Positions 35,708 through 49,209 of a stretch of 51,281 nucleotides of DNA are shown here, piece after piece; the stretch's first letter is position 1; each line of letters opens with the position of its first letter. This DNA comes from Octopus bimaculoides (lineage: Eukaryota). A program made the position numbers and the translations under genes. The notes beneath the pieces were generated by a model. The model made no database searches and was not told where the DNA came from. It saw only the letters and a list, made by a program, of their open reading frames with translations. The DNA lies in contig NC_068989.1 in NCBI RefSeq assembly GCF_001194135.2, positions 76,369,925 to 76,421,205 on the forward strand, read 5' to 3'.

Positions 35708-36618
35708 GGGGAGACCGGGTCTAGTTGCTATATTTTTTCATTTTTTTAAAACTTTGGCACCCACATGAATGAACACAGCTGAAGTTTCTTTTCAAATCTA
35801 ATAAGTAAAACATCTCTATTTATTGTTATCACCAGCAAATGAGCAGAAATTACATAACATTAATTAGACAGGCTCTAATTAATGAGATGGTGTCAGCTGT
35901 AACAATTTTCCCCGTTGTGACACTTGCTGGGGTACTTTGTTACAACTGTCGATAACTCGGAATTATGTTAACAAACAAGTTTTAAATGAATACGTCTCCT
36001 GCTTTTTGCGTCTAGAAAGTATTATTTTAATTAATTAACTGTGCTTTGAACCACCTCATATTCTAACTGTGATACTGAGAGTCCTCATCAGCCAATTTCC
36101 CCATTGCTACATGTGCCATCTAGTCGAAATCGTCACCCATTAACTTCACACCTCGTAGATCACACAGAAAGTCTTGCCCTCCATCGGAACAGTCAGTGTG
36201 TGCCCAGTCTTTACAGATCTTGCATTACACCCATTCTTCACCTGGAAAGGAATTGGAATACCAATCTGAGCAGACAAGGCATTTCCAATCGGCGACTTGC
36301 TTGCTGCGAAGCTGTTTCCCTTTGCCTTTACCTGTTTTAGTTGACTTTCCCTTCCCCTTTGTTGCCTTTTCTGTACCAGTTGCCTTCTTTGGTTTGGATT
36401 TCCGTTCGTTTATTTCATCCACTATGTGCTGTTCTACGGCGACATCCCATAATGATTTCTTTTCATCCACAACTTTCCTGGCGGCTCTTTCCATGACACG
36501 AGGAGGGGCATCCCCTCTTGTAGTCTTCCTTTTGTAATTTCTAGACATGGTATGTTAAACTAAAATAGAAAGAGTAAGTTGTTACATGCCTGGGGTAAGT
36601 TGATACATTGTAACAATT
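35708..36618 (-). mobile_element. Non-autonomous pogo/Fot1-like DNA transposon with an HTH-start/PHD-finger mini-ORF (36120-36548)
   Basis: MSRNYKRKTTRG...KGKGKQ...WKCLVCSDWYSNSFPGEEWV*CKICKDWAHTDCSDGGQDFLCDLR is a C4HC3-like PHD with one stop and the last Cys lost; TIR-like GGGGAGACCGGGTCTAGTTG at 35708; subterminal GTAACAATT and GGGGTAAGTTG motifs. Confidence 0.75.
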
Positions 36619-37113
36619 TCTTATTTTTAATGTCCAGTAATCCCCTTAAACCCTACTTTGACCAAGACACACTTTTGTCAATGGCCGGGTTTATTTGGTC
36701 GTGATTTGGTAGTAGATGCTGGTGAAGTATATGACAGTTTAAAGCAGCAGGATTATCGCTCAGTTGATAAAAACACTATCCGTTTTGTGTACACCTAATA
36801 TCCGTGGTTTTATTTCCCTTAACTTTTATTTTCAGTCTGTTGACTGAAACAAGAAAAGTTAAAGAATAATCAACGTGCAAGAGTCTGACTAATTCAGAGA
36901 TGCCATTACAACCCAATGAGATATGAAACTTGTTACACCGCTGAGATGACTCCTTGTTAAGGAACACAACTCTAACACAAACATTACATATACTATCAGC
37001 ACACTACCACCGCTTAACAGATTGGCTATTGGCTAAATATTTACAAATGACTATTGACTAAAATTGTAGAGACACGATAAGTTATTTCCAGATAATTTAT
37101 ACGTAACTACAAG

Positions 37114-37153
<40 letters not shown>

Positions 37154-37549
37154 NNNNNNNNNNNNNNNNNNNNNNNNNNNNNNNNNNNNNNNNNNNNNNN
37201 NNNNNNNNNNNNNNNNNNNNNNNNNNNNNNNNNNNNNNNNNNNNNNNNNNNNNNNNNNNNNNNNNNNNNNNNNNNNNNNNNNNNNNNNNNNNNNNNNNNN
37301 NNNNNNNNNNNNNNNNNNNNNNNNNNNNNNNNNNNNNNNNNNNNNNNNNNNNNNNNNNNNNNNNNNNNNNNNNNNNNNNNNNNNNNNNNNNNNNNNNNNN
37401 NNNNNNNNNNNNNNNNNNNNNNNNNNNNNNNNNNNNNNNNNNNNNNNNNNNNNNNNNNNNNNNNNNNNNNNNNNNNNNNNNNNNNNNNNNNNNNNNNNNN
37501 NNNNNNNNNNNNNNNNNNNNNNNNNNNNNNNNNNNNNNNNNNNNNNNNN

Positions 37550-37584
<35 letters not shown>

Positions 37585-37740
37585 TATATATATATATATA
37601 TATGAATATTTATATATATAAATACATACACATACATTGTGTATGAATGTAAGTATTCTTTTAAGATATATCGTTCACTATGCTATGTTAATTATACGCT
37701 GATAGGAGCGGAAATTGGTTCTGTCTTTAATAATATACAG

Positions 37741-38044
37741 AAAACGTCACTGTATTTCGTGTATTATTTAATTCTTCCCTAATAACAGGCCACAGCAAGT
37801 TAGTAGATATTTTTGAGCATCGAACTAATTACCTTAGATTGTTAGTTTTAATGTTCTGTGACTTAGATAAATTTGTTTGCTATTATCGGCGTAGGTAGGC
37901 AGTTATTAGTTTCGATTACACCTGTGCTATAGTGTTGTATTCTACTAGGATCTGAAATCGGATCGCAATTTAAGTTTGGAGGGTATATTGACACTAACTT
38001 TACAACGCTCACCACAAAAATCGAACGTATCCTGATCCAATATG
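37741..38044 (+). CDS. Two candidate ectodomain exons of gene B (37741-37890, 37949-38044), SEA-like by pattern
   Basis: Phase 1-1 open frames (E)NVTVFRVLFNSSLITGHSKLVDIFEHRTNYLRLLVLMFCDLDKFVCYYR and SEIGSQFKFGGYIDTNFTTLTTKIERILIQY(G); the intron would be only 58 nt and the second donor is weak. Confidence 0.25.
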
Positions 38045-38259
38045 GTGTCATCCTTATTTGATATTTAACAACAAATTTATAATTAGAACAAACACATTTA
38101 GTACTGTATTCGTTACGTCCCTGAGCTATAGTGTTTGTAACCGAAGCGTTGCCATTTTACGTTTTGCAAGAAATACTGGCTACGAAACTGTTTCTCAATA
38201 TATAAACATTCTCTAGATCAGAGTTCCAATAACATAAGTTCTTATATTTTGCACATATA

Positions 38260-38665
38260 TACATATACTTACACATATACATACATATACACAAACATAT
38301 ATATACATATACATACATATACACACACATATACGAATATACATATATACATACATATACATATATATATATACATACATATACATACATATATATACAT
38401 ACATATACATACATATATATACATACATATACATACATATATATACATATATATACATATATATACATACATATACATACATATATATACATACATATAC
38501 ATACATATATATACATACATATACATACATATATACATACATACATATACATACATATATACATACATATACATACATATATATATACATATATACATAC
38601 ATATACACAGATATGTATATACATATATACATACGTATACACACATGTATATACATATATACATA
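38260..38665. repeat. Long imperfect (TA/TACA)n satellite
   Basis: Low-complexity T/A/C run; it explains the YI and CV ORFs. Confidence 0.9.
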
Positions 38666-39589
38666 AAGTTTTTAAAAAGTTTTAACTTTTTTAAATTTTC
38701 CCAAATTTAATTGTTTTCCATACTTACAGTTGAAAAAGTCTCAATGACTGAAATTGGTACTGAAAGGTTTTTTTATAAAATTATTTTAGCATTTTGTACC
38801 TTGATTTTTTTTCCATATATACATATACACATATATATATATATATACATACATATACACACACATATAAGGTATAAAACAGAAAAACTCACATAACTCC
38901 ATAAAATTGTGAGAATGTTAATCTTTTCTTCCTTCGTATTTTCTCAAGCAACTATTACTTGTGCTCTTAAGAAACTTAGACAACTGAAGACTACAAAATA
39001 GGAGGCCTTGAGCTCTCGTTTAACGGCTGATATGACAGTGCTGCATTAAACAAAATACTGGAATGAAAATATCTTGTCGCTCTTTATGTGTTGTTGACGT
39101 GTCAGCAGTGTATATATTTTCTTTATGTGAGTTTCGAAGCGATTGCAGGCTTGGTTTGAGCTTATCCATCTCCAGGCTACTGCGCAAGGCTGGCTCAACA
39201 GAAAATTAATACAAATACCAAGTAAGCCAATTTTCAGTCACATTCAGGAAAAAACATACAGCTTTAAGATACCAGTAAATCACGGCAACTTCAACATATT
39301 CACAAACAAATGTTGGAGGCTTGTACGTGCTCCACCGAACTACTAGAAAAGGTAGACAGGTCTCCTCAAATCACACTTTGTCATTTCAAAAGAAATGGTA
39401 GATTACATGGAATAATAAGTCATGCATGCTTATTTTAGTGGTGTTGACACCGCCGGATTGGATGGTACTGCCCAGGTGTCGAACCCATAGAGATATCCGT
39501 GGGACAGCTGATGATGATGGAGGAATGTTGGATTGTTGGTATGGCTCTTATTGTATGTGCGGAATAGTTTTATAAGACATCCATTTAGA

Positions 39590-39629
<40 letters not shown>

Positions 39630-40792
39630 NNNNNNNNNNNNNNNNNNNNNNNNNNNNNNNNNNNNNNNNNNNNNNNNNNNNNNNNNNNNNNNNNNNNNNN
39701 NNNNNNNNNNNNNNNNNNNNNNNNNNNNNNNNNNNNNNNNNNNNNNNNNNNNNNNNNNNNNNNNNNNNNNNNNNNNNNNNNNNNNNNNNNNNNNNNNNNN
39801 NNNNNNNNNNNNNNNNNNNNNNNNNNNNNNNNNNNTACTTATTTTTTAAAGTCTGGTGCTTATTGTATCGTTCTCTTCTGCTGAAAACCAAATTACAGGA
39901 ACGTAAACAAATCAACACTATGTCAACCTGTTGCGAGTTACAAATAAAAAGGCGCACGGACACACTTATATAGACATGGATTTCGTTTTGTGTTTTAATT
40001 TGCTTGTTAGTCTTTTATATAGAATATTTTGTATTTGTTCCAAAACTTTTGCTGTGAGTTCAAATTGAACCGAGGTCAAATTTGTTTTAACTTTTTGAAG
40101 TTAATAAAAAATCTCACCCCAACGACTGACTTGACTGATTTCAGCTCTTTGTTTTCTGAATTGAACAACAGCTTCGTTTCGTGTTCGTCTCCATTGCACA
40201 GCACCTTTGGTCGACTCGGGGTTCTAGACTTTTACTATAGCCCTGGGTCGACCAAAACCATTTTGCAAAGGAAGTTCTGCGTAAGAGAAACGAAACTCTG
40301 TGTTTGCTTGTTGCTCATATCCGATTCCTATTTTGGGATGGTTGACTTAGGCCATTATCTAGCTTAAGACCTCCACCTATTTCTTGGAGTAGGCGGCACT
40401 ATTGCAAGTATCGCAATGTCTTATAATGTCATGTCTTCTCTGAAAATTTCTACCCTGCACAAATCTTGGAGGTGCTAAATATTCTATGGTGACTGTCCTT
40501 CTGTTGCTAATACATAATTAAAAACCACACAACAAAACAAAAGCAACAACAACGGCTAAAAAAAACTCATTCATCAAGGGAGATGAAACAAGAAACCATT
40601 GCAATGCATCCTGTTTCTCATCGGCAGACGGAGGTGTGAGAATTAATACTGTGCAGATAATCTAAAATATCTTTAAGTGTATATTTTCTTCACTGTATTC
40701 TTAAATTTACCCAAATTTCTACGTTCAGCTCCAGAACGCAAAATTGTATATATTCTTGTAATTTATGCAATGATTTATTTTTCTCTTTACAG

Positions 40793-40901
40793 ATTTAGTG
40801 AGTGCCGAAGCTTCGTTGACGATAAAACTTGCCGTGTCTTCAGCTATGGCTGTTCTAATGTTTATAATACTTACGATAATTATCGTTGTCGGTATTACCT
40901 G
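40793..40901 (+). CDS. Transmembrane exon of gene B
   Basis: Acceptor TTTATTTTTCTCTTTACAG and donor TG|GTAAGT; phase 1 in, phase 2 out; reads (D)LVSAEASLTIKLAVSSAMAVLMFIILTIIIVVGIT(C). Confidence 0.85.
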
Positions 40902-40999
40902 GTAAGTTTATATCATATTGTCGATATATTATCGAAGAAACTTTCTTCATAATACGTCAGTGAATTCTAGTCTCGCTTAGATCGCAGTTGGCGTTTTAA

Positions 41000-41710
41000 A
41001 TTCAGAAATCGATAAGGCAAAATCGGTAGCACATTGAACAAAATGCATTTTAAATTTTAGCAGGCCTCATCTTATTGCTAGAGTTCAAATCATCTCACCA
41101 AGGTCAATTTTTTTCTGTCGGCCATTTAGGTGACAAAAAAATATTAGGCAGGTTCTGTGGGTGATTATATTAGCAGTACCATCTACGCTGAAAATGTATG
41201 GTAGGTTAGAAGCTATTATTAAAATAGATAAAAACGGCGGGCTGACAGAATGGTTAGGGCATCGAGCAAAAGGCCTAGCAGTATTTCTTTATGTTCTGAC
41301 TTCAAAGTCTGTCGAGGAGAACTTTGCCTTTCAAACTTCTGGATCGATAAAATTAAAATACCAGACAAATACTGATATCGATATTATCAGCTAAACAAAT
41401 GCTGGTCTTGTATCAAAATTCCGACCCACTATTAATTACAGTAGTTCGGCGTAATGCCAAAACTGGTATTTACTGCAGTAAATATTTTTTCAATACTTAA
41501 GGCGATGTGCTGGCAGAATCGTTGGCACGCCGCGCAAGATGCTTAGCGGCATTTCGCCCGTCCTTACACATTGAGTTCAAATTCCACCAAGGTTGATTTT
41601 GCCTTTCATCTTTCAGGGTCGATAAAGTAAGTGCCAGTTGAACAGTAGGGTCAATATAATCGACTTAACTCCCCGCCTTGAAATTGCTGGCCTTGCGTTA
41701 ATATTTTAAC
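41000..41710 (+). mobile_element. Three adjacent same-orientation copies of the dominant SINE, of different ages
   Basis: Cores at about 41080, 41300 and 41575 (GAGTTCAAAT...GGTTGATTTTGCCTTTCATC). Confidence 0.75.
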
Positions 41711-41838
41711 CATTACTATTGATAACTATATCTTCTGTAAGCTCTTGGATTTACTTTGGCTATTTTCCTATCTGTAACATCTGGGAACTTATGGGATGAC
41801 CTGATATATATGTGCTTGTATGTAATGCAGCAATATAT

Positions 41839-41923
<85 letters not shown>

Positions 41924-42385
41924 TANNNNNNNNNNGTGTGTGTGTGTGTGTGTGTCTATATATATATATATATATTATATGTATATATGTAAGTGTGTGT
42001 GTTTGTGTGTGTGTTTGTGTGTGTGTTTGTGTGTGTGTTTGTGTGTGTGCGTGTATGTGTGTGTGTATGTATGTGTCTACGATCCAAGAAGTCCAGTCAG
42101 ATAAATTGTTATTAAAGGGGCAGTAGGTTTATTTGGTTTAATGTTACGTTTACAAATTGGTCATATTCTTTCAAGTATCATATCATCAGAGAAGACAAAA
42201 GTCAGTTTAGTTGTGTGTGTATGTTTTAGCGTCAGTGTATGTATCATTATATTTGTGTGTGTGTGTCTGTGTGTGTGTGTGTGATCATATATTTGAAGTT
42301 GTGAAACCTTTAATGTAACATGGTTGATATTTTGTTTAATTAAATATGAATTTTTGTTTATTATTTTCAAATGTTAATGTTCCAG

Positions 42386-42567
42386 CAATAAATGGTATGA
42401 TAAATATCAAACTAAGCTTGGACGCGGAAAAATACCAGCTATTTCCAGCTTCTGGAAGAAACGAAAATGCATTCGACGTTCTATGGATTCTGCGCGAAGC
42501 AAGGACCCACTCAGCACTTATAACAGTGTGATAATTCCATCCCCAAATCCGAGAAACAACGACACAG
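42386..42567 (+). CDS. First cytoplasmic exon of gene B
   Basis: Acceptor GTTAATGTTCCAG and donor CAG|GTAATC; the phase-2 join to 40901 gives a stop-free 60-codon frame CNKWYDKYQTKLGRGKIPAISSFWKKRKCIRRSMDSARSKDPLSTYNSVIIPSPNPRNNDT; phase 1 out. Confidence 0.8.
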
Positions 42568-42580
42568 GTAATCTTACATG

Positions 42581-42664
<84 letters not shown>

Positions 42665-45254
42665 CACACACACATGCACACATATATATATATATGTATG
42701 TGTCTTTGTGTGTCAAATGTTTCCGTTAGTAGGCACCAAAGAACCTCAATAAGTCTACAAAAATAACATACTTCTTCCTGTTAAGTATAATGATGTTTCT
42801 GCCGATATAACGTTATGTTGCTTATGCCCAGTAAAATTATAACATCGCTCATCATAGAGGAACTAATGGTTAGCTAGATTTATATCACATTGTCCTTGAA
42901 ATCTGCAATATGACAAAGGCTTAATGTTTCATTGTTTTACTGAGCAGTGATACATGATAACTATTGTCGTCTAGCTCTTCAAACATCATGGCTTCTAATA
43001 ATTCTTGGCGCCTTATATTTATGTATCACTCATCATATGAGCATAAACCGGTCTTTCTGTCATACTTATGGCTGTTTGCGATTTTTGAACAAGTCTATAG
43101 TATGAATGGCCTTCAAATCTCCAGTCAGTGACTGCAGAACGATTTTTAACTCACAAAAGAGGAGACAAGACTAACGTCTCTGTGTCTTAGAAAGAAGGGT
43201 TTGTAATCAATTCTAGCCCATCCTTAACCACGTAACTTAGACATATATCACTTTTAATACTCTTATCTCTTTCATAGTACTCGATCGTACATTGATGTAA
43301 TTCAATGATGCCACGAGTAAGTGTGATGAATATATGAGTCTCAGTTGCCTTTCCTAACATTGTTCAGTTTTATTGTTTACTTTTGTGGTATGGTGACCTC
43401 TTCATTTAAGTAGATGCCGTGGACCTTCTTTGACAATTAAGTGTCTCAGTTATGCAACGCGACACGATACGGATATGATGCTTTCAGATAGTTGTGTAGT
43501 TCATTGCCTTTACACTTTTTTTGCAATTGCTGTTGTTTTGTGTGCTTGTCTTTTTGTATGCGTGCGTGCGCGGCGCTCGCGTTTGTCTGGGAAGAGAATG
43601 ATACCATATTAAATAAGGTTGTCATACTTGAGCGTTGATATGTGGCGTGTTTGCAAACCCTTTCATTATTCCATTAAGTTTAGCAGTGACGTAGTAAGGG
43701 ATCCTAGCACTCCAGAGCAAAACACTCTTGTGATTCCCTCTTTAAATTATAGGCCAGAGATATTTCGAGGCACTTCATTCCTTTGCTCGGTGCCATTTAC
43801 ACTGTCTCTCCTCTGTGTCTATGCCTATAAGGTTCGGTGTAAAATGCGTATTATGGAGTTGAAAAGATGCTACAGTTCTGTGTATGTGTGTGCTCACACA
43901 TGCGCAGAGGGCGCGAGAAAACAAACGTGGAAAGAGGAGCAAGAAGGTGAGAAGTTCTGGATTATCACAAGAAAGATTGTTATCTGTGTCATTTACCCCC
44001 AAGTAAAGTACTCCCACGCTTGCTTGCTAATCTTATATAATTTATACTATCACAGCTATCATGGCCCCAAGGCAGATGTGTACTCTGAGCTTAAAGGAGC
44101 TGTGCTGTATTTATATAATATTTAGCACCCCGCTCTACTGAATGAAATTAGATTGTTTACAATTTAGAATTGTTTAAATGATGAAACATGCTTATCGTTC
44201 GAAGAAGCGAGACGTGAATTACTTCCTAGTAATTAACTCCTTTCGACTGGTTGGCTGCTGAATAAATTTAGTGAAGCGTGAAATGATACGAAGAAATGGA
44301 TGTTTTGTTTAAAAATTACTTTTCCACAAAACAGGCCATCACACTGTTGTTCTTATTTATAAAAATATTCAAGACACAAGGAGTTATTATGTATCATTTC
44401 TACTCTCTACATTTAGGTAACTTGCATTAAACCAAATGCTATCGAGTAAAAGATTTGCATTTAAAATTATGGAGCTGCAAGCATGGCAGCTTGACTACGA
44501 CCTTTGCTTACGCGTATAGTTACGAATCAAATTTAGGCAAATGCCTTATTTTCCCAGAGACGTGTGCAAGCGTTTCTCTGGTTTTCAAAACATATGATAG
44601 AAATTTGGTAGACTAAATTTGTGCAGAGCCCGTATGATAACTGACGCATAGGTGGATAAGGTATTTTTTATGCTTGTCAAAGACTTTTTGTATTACATTG
44701 TCTCTCGGTAAAATGTGTCAACATAAAAATGTAGTAGTCGATAAAACAAATATTTGGGTCAAGGTGCCAAGTTGGAAAGAACATATTTATTAACATAATT
44801 GATTAACTCCTGTTTGAATTAATTTAATAATACCTATATTATTAAATAAAACAGTGTTAATATTTTACCTTTCAAAGATATCAAATGCGTAAGTGAAAGG
44901 AACTGCTGCTATGGTCAGAAAATAAAATAATACAGCATAATATTCAGTTAGAAATATTCTAATGCATGGACACACATCCCCTGTATTAGAAACTAACATT
45001 AAAACATGTTTACCTTTCTTAAAGGTAAACCAGAAAAGGTAAACCAGAAAATAATTCTGGAAGTCATATTAAGATTTTAACAATAGTGAACAAATAAAGT
45101 TAATGCTTTAAATTTTGGTTTACGGAAGTTGTTCTAAAAATTATCTCCTAGCTATCGCAAGCTGGATAGGTTTCATTTTCCCGTCCATGCTTCAATGTTA
45201 TCACTTTAAAGCTTTGTGCTAAAGCAAAATGGTGAATATTTTTTTCCTACTCTT

Positions 45255-45462
45255 GGCGCAAGGCCCGAAATTTTGTGGGAGAGGTCCTCGACTGGTCAGT
45301 CGTTTAGATCGACCCCAGTTCGCAACTTGTACTTAATTTATCGACCCCGAAAAGATGAAAGGCAAAATGGAATTCAGCCGAATTTGAACTCAGAACGTAA
45401 AGACAGACAAAATACGTATAGGCATTTCACCCGGCGTGCTAACGTTTCGGCTAGCTGGATGA
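45255..45462 (-). mobile_element. Dominant SINE copy
   Basis: TTTATCGACCCCGAAAAGATGAAAGGCAAA...AATTTGAACTCAGAACGTAAAGAC...GTGCTAACGTTTC. Confidence 0.85.
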
Positions 45463-45626
45463 AAATCTAATTATAAGGTTAATTAGTACAGTATTATCTT
45501 GAAAAAAATGTCTTCTGGTTAATTTTCGGTTGTAACTGAATTTTTAAGGTCTACGTTTAATGATCGAGAATAACAAGGTCTGTATTTTATTATCTATCTT
45601 CCATGTTCCTAAGAAGAAACATTGTT

Positions 45627-45738
<112 letters not shown>

Positions 45739-45867
45739 TAACACACACATATGTGTTTGGAGCCAGTGTACAGTTGACAAAGTACGTGATTGCAGACACC
45801 GTTGAGTGCGACACTTTTCTTATGGGATATAGGAAGGGAATCGATCACAATTCTTATTATGAGGCGA

Positions 45868-46050
45868 GCTAACAGTATCGCTAAAGCGTCGAACAAAATA
45901 TCTGGGCTATTTCTTCCGGCACTTTAGCTCTGAATTCAATTGCAGCTGGAGTCAAGTTTGCTTTTGCGGTATCAATAAAGTGCTAGTCAATTGATTGATT
46001 CGATGGTATCAACAAATCCCTCCCCGCAAAATTGTTGGTCTTGTACCTAA
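45868..46050 (+). mobile_element. Dominant SINE, old copy
   Basis: GAGGCGAGCTAACAG head, CTGAATTCAATTGC...TCAAGTTTGCTTTTG and CCCTCCCCGCAAAATTGTTGGTCTTGTACC tail. Confidence 0.55.
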
Positions 46051-46077
46051 ATCAGAAATAATAATAATTCTTTTCAC

Positions 46078-46078
46078 T

Positions 46079-46111
<33 letters not shown>

Positions 46112-46118
46112 ATTACAA

Positions 46119-46178
<60 letters not shown>

Positions 46179-46180
46179 CA
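46078..46180. repeat. (TAG)n...(ATT)n microsatellite
   Basis: Trinucleotide runs. Confidence 0.9.
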
Positions 46181-46429
46181 TTATTTCTGTTGTTGATGTT
46201 ACAGTTGTTTGTTTCTTTTGTAACCAGATGTATTTGATCTCAGAATTGTAGTCTTTTAGTGGGGGAAATAATTTCTATTTCTTTGAAGAACGTCTGTACA
46301 GAAAATTAGAAATTTAGCTTCTTGTATTTATTTTCCTCGTTTGAGAGAAAAGAATCTTTAATTTACCACGGAAAACTACCCCCTCCCCCATTTGAGCATG
46401 GCAACCAATGTAGGATACTTTCCTAAATT

Positions 46430-46620
46430 TTCAACGGATGAAAAATAGAGAAACAAACAGGATTGCATAGAATTTTGTACTTTTAAAAATATACAGCAAA
46501 GTGAATAAGTGACATTTTCACAGGCTAATACACTTGGTAACACAAATCTTTGAACCGTAACATACGTAAGTAGTATCAGCCAAAATTTTAAAGAAGAAAA
46601 TGCCAGTTTTTGTTAATGTT
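46430..46620 (+). mobile_element. Possible mariner N-terminal relic
   Basis: DEK*RNKQDCIEFCTFKN resembles the mariner start (EQR.CIKFCFK), with a later FKE; heavily degraded. Confidence 0.3.
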
Positions 46621-47724
46621 ATTAAGAGAGAGTTGACTAGCATGAAAAAAAAAAACACGATGTATTCCACAAAGACAAATGCTTCTCCATCTGAGACTAC
46701 TGTCGAGTTCTGAGAGAAGATATGGTAAATTAGATTTTCTTGGTAGATTACAGATTCTTTTTCATTTGCCTTTAAAAGAGTATTTGAATACTGGCTGGTA
46801 TGTGCTATGATGTAGTTTCCAGCAACCAGAGTTGAAGTCGATAGAGAATAGCAGCAAAGACTGTAACAACAACAGGCTGTAGTTCTCAGGTTACCACTGG
46901 TCGCAAGTCCAGCATTAGCGGAAGAGATCGCTGGATCACTCCGACCGCGTTCCTAGAATGGACTTAAAGATAAGGCATAACAGTTGACGACCAAGAAGCA
47001 GAAGTATCATTTACATCATTGCTAGTACCACTCCATCGCCTTTTCACATCATGGAAATTAAGTGGAAACAGGCGAAGAGTTGTAAGTTGTCAAGGACAAT
47101 CAGAAAAGAAATAAAATACTGTGGGAAAAAAAAAGAAACTTGGAATCCAAGAAAAACCGTATGACACATTCACATTCGGAGTATTTCCGTTTACAGTTAT
47201 CCGGGAGCAAAGCTCATATTATTTTATGATAAAGCTACAGTCATCCTGAAAGGATAGGGCCTTGATGAAGAACACTTTAAAATGCTATGCATGTCTGAGG
47301 GATTGTGCCCCGGAGAATGTAAACTTTATTGCTTTCAACCCAAATATGGAATGGCACTTTTGGATGCACCAGACACCAGTATGAAGAGTAGGAGAGGATC
47401 AAAGTCGTGGAACTCAACTTAGAATCGACTTTTCTTATGTTTCTTTTTAGCTACATTAAATCAAACATTTTGTTTCGAAAATGTTTTAGATAGTTATGTA
47501 ATTATTTCGTATAATTAAAAATTCCCAAAATAGCCTTAAAAATTTGATGTCCTTGAAGTATCGGTAATTTTTGTATATCTATTTTTCCATAATAATAGGT
47601 CTTATGAATAGATCTTGTAACGTATTTTGCACAAATGTGTTCTTGTGGAAAATAAATGAAATAATTATAATTAAAATTCGGTCGTGAATTCAGGGAACTG
47701 TCACAACATCAAGAATATGATTTT

Positions 47725-48350
47725 CCGTATGTCTTTCGGCTCTCTACGCACTTATGGCAAATACTTCCGACGTTACATTTGTTTTATTTCATTCTCCTGG
47801 GATCGAAGAAATAAAGTACCAGTCAAGTACTTGGGTTGATACTATCGACTTAACCCCTCCCCTTGAAATTGCTGAGCGCTTAAATTAAAAAGCGTGGATT
47901 GAAGTTGGCAGAATCGTTAGACTGTCGGAAAAAATGTATTGTAACATTTCTTCCGGGTTTTTATATTTTAAGTTCAGATCCCACCGAGGATCAAAGTTTT
48001 TCTTTCATTCTTTCGGGTTGATGAAGTAAAGTAATACCCATACGATTGGATCGTATCAACTAACCTCAACATCGCACAAAATTGCTGGATGTGTGTTGAA
48101 ATTAGAAACCATTGATTTTTTTAATAATATTAATCAAGAATAGGGCAGGCAGTTGGCAGAGTCGTTAGCACCCCAGGCAAAATACATAGTGGCGTTTCGT
48201 CCGTCCTCATGTCCTGAGTTCAAATTTCGTTGAGGTTAACTTTGCCTTTCATCATTTCGGCGTCGATAAATTAAGTACCAGTGGAGCACTGAGGTCGATA
48301 TAATCGACTTAACCCCTCCCCCAAATTGCTGGCCTTGTGCCAAAAATTAA
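47725..48350 (+). mobile_element. Three adjacent same-orientation copies of the dominant SINE
   Basis: Cores at about 47800, 47980 and 48220; the youngest is 48144-48350. Confidence 0.75.
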
Positions 48351-48576
48351 AGATAATATTACTCAAGGGCTACCTATTTAGATGCCCTAATTTCTGGGGC
48401 ACTTCAAATAGTAATTGAAAACCTTTACCAACAATGTTTGAAAGAGAGTAAACTAATCTAAGTAAAAAGCTTGCTGATTTTTAATTGTTCAATGAATTAA
48501 TTAGATTAATTTCTTAAAGAAATACCAAAATAGTGTGGCTGTATTTATATAATTGGGAAATTGTGTTACTTCATTC

Positions 48577-48786
48577 TAATAGAATAAATACTTTGATACT
48601 TAGTCCTAATAGGACAAATGCTTTGATACTTGGTTATAATAGGACAAATAATTTGATACTCGGTCCTAATAGGACAAATGCTTTGATGCTTGGTTCTAAT
48701 AGGACGAATGCTTTGATGCTTGGTCCTAATAGGACAAATGCTTTGATACTTGGTCTTAATAGGACCAATGCTTTGGTACTTGGTCC
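48577..48786. repeat. 30-bp minisatellite of 7 units
   Basis: Consensus TAATAGGACAAATGCTTTGATACTTGGTCC; exact 30-nt period with no indels. Confidence 0.95.
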
Positions 48787-49209
48787 TAATAACACTTAAA
48801 TAAATAAGTGGTTCACATTCATTAACGTCAGTGTATGAGCTATATTTTTATAATTCTTATCAACAATAGCTTTCACTCAGAAAATAATAAACATCCTGTC
48901 TCTTGGTTGAAGAGGTATGAGTTCGGACAACAAGTCACGTACATTTCGCTTACATTCTGTAGAGGGCTTGAACATTTTAAAATCTATCTACAACAGAATA
49001 TAAACTAATATAGAAAGACGCACTAATGCTCGTGATAAATTCACAAATGATCATAACTTTAATCATACTGTTTGTAATTGTAATATTTATAATAACTGAA
49101 TTATTATACAATGTTCACGATGCCCTTCAATTTGAGGGAGTTGTGAACATCTGATTCTGTAAGGTCGCTGTGTTTGCAATAATAATTCTTTCTGCGAGAC
49201 CTGAAAGTT

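Noticed and set aside
40793-40901. Alternative open frame FSECRSFVDDKTCRVFSYGCSNVYNTYDNYRCRYYL resembling a Kunitz fragment
   Set aside because: The Cys spacing does not fit, and this frame hits a stop on splicing to 42386, whereas the TM frame is phase-consistent
43619-44125. 168-aa ORF in gene B's downstream region
   Set aside because: TTG start, no recognisable domain, and no phase-1 exon with a convincing donor within it
48577-48786. CRISPR-like regular array
   Set aside because: The units are contiguous with no unique spacers, and the context is eukaryotic with no cas genes; it is a minisatellite
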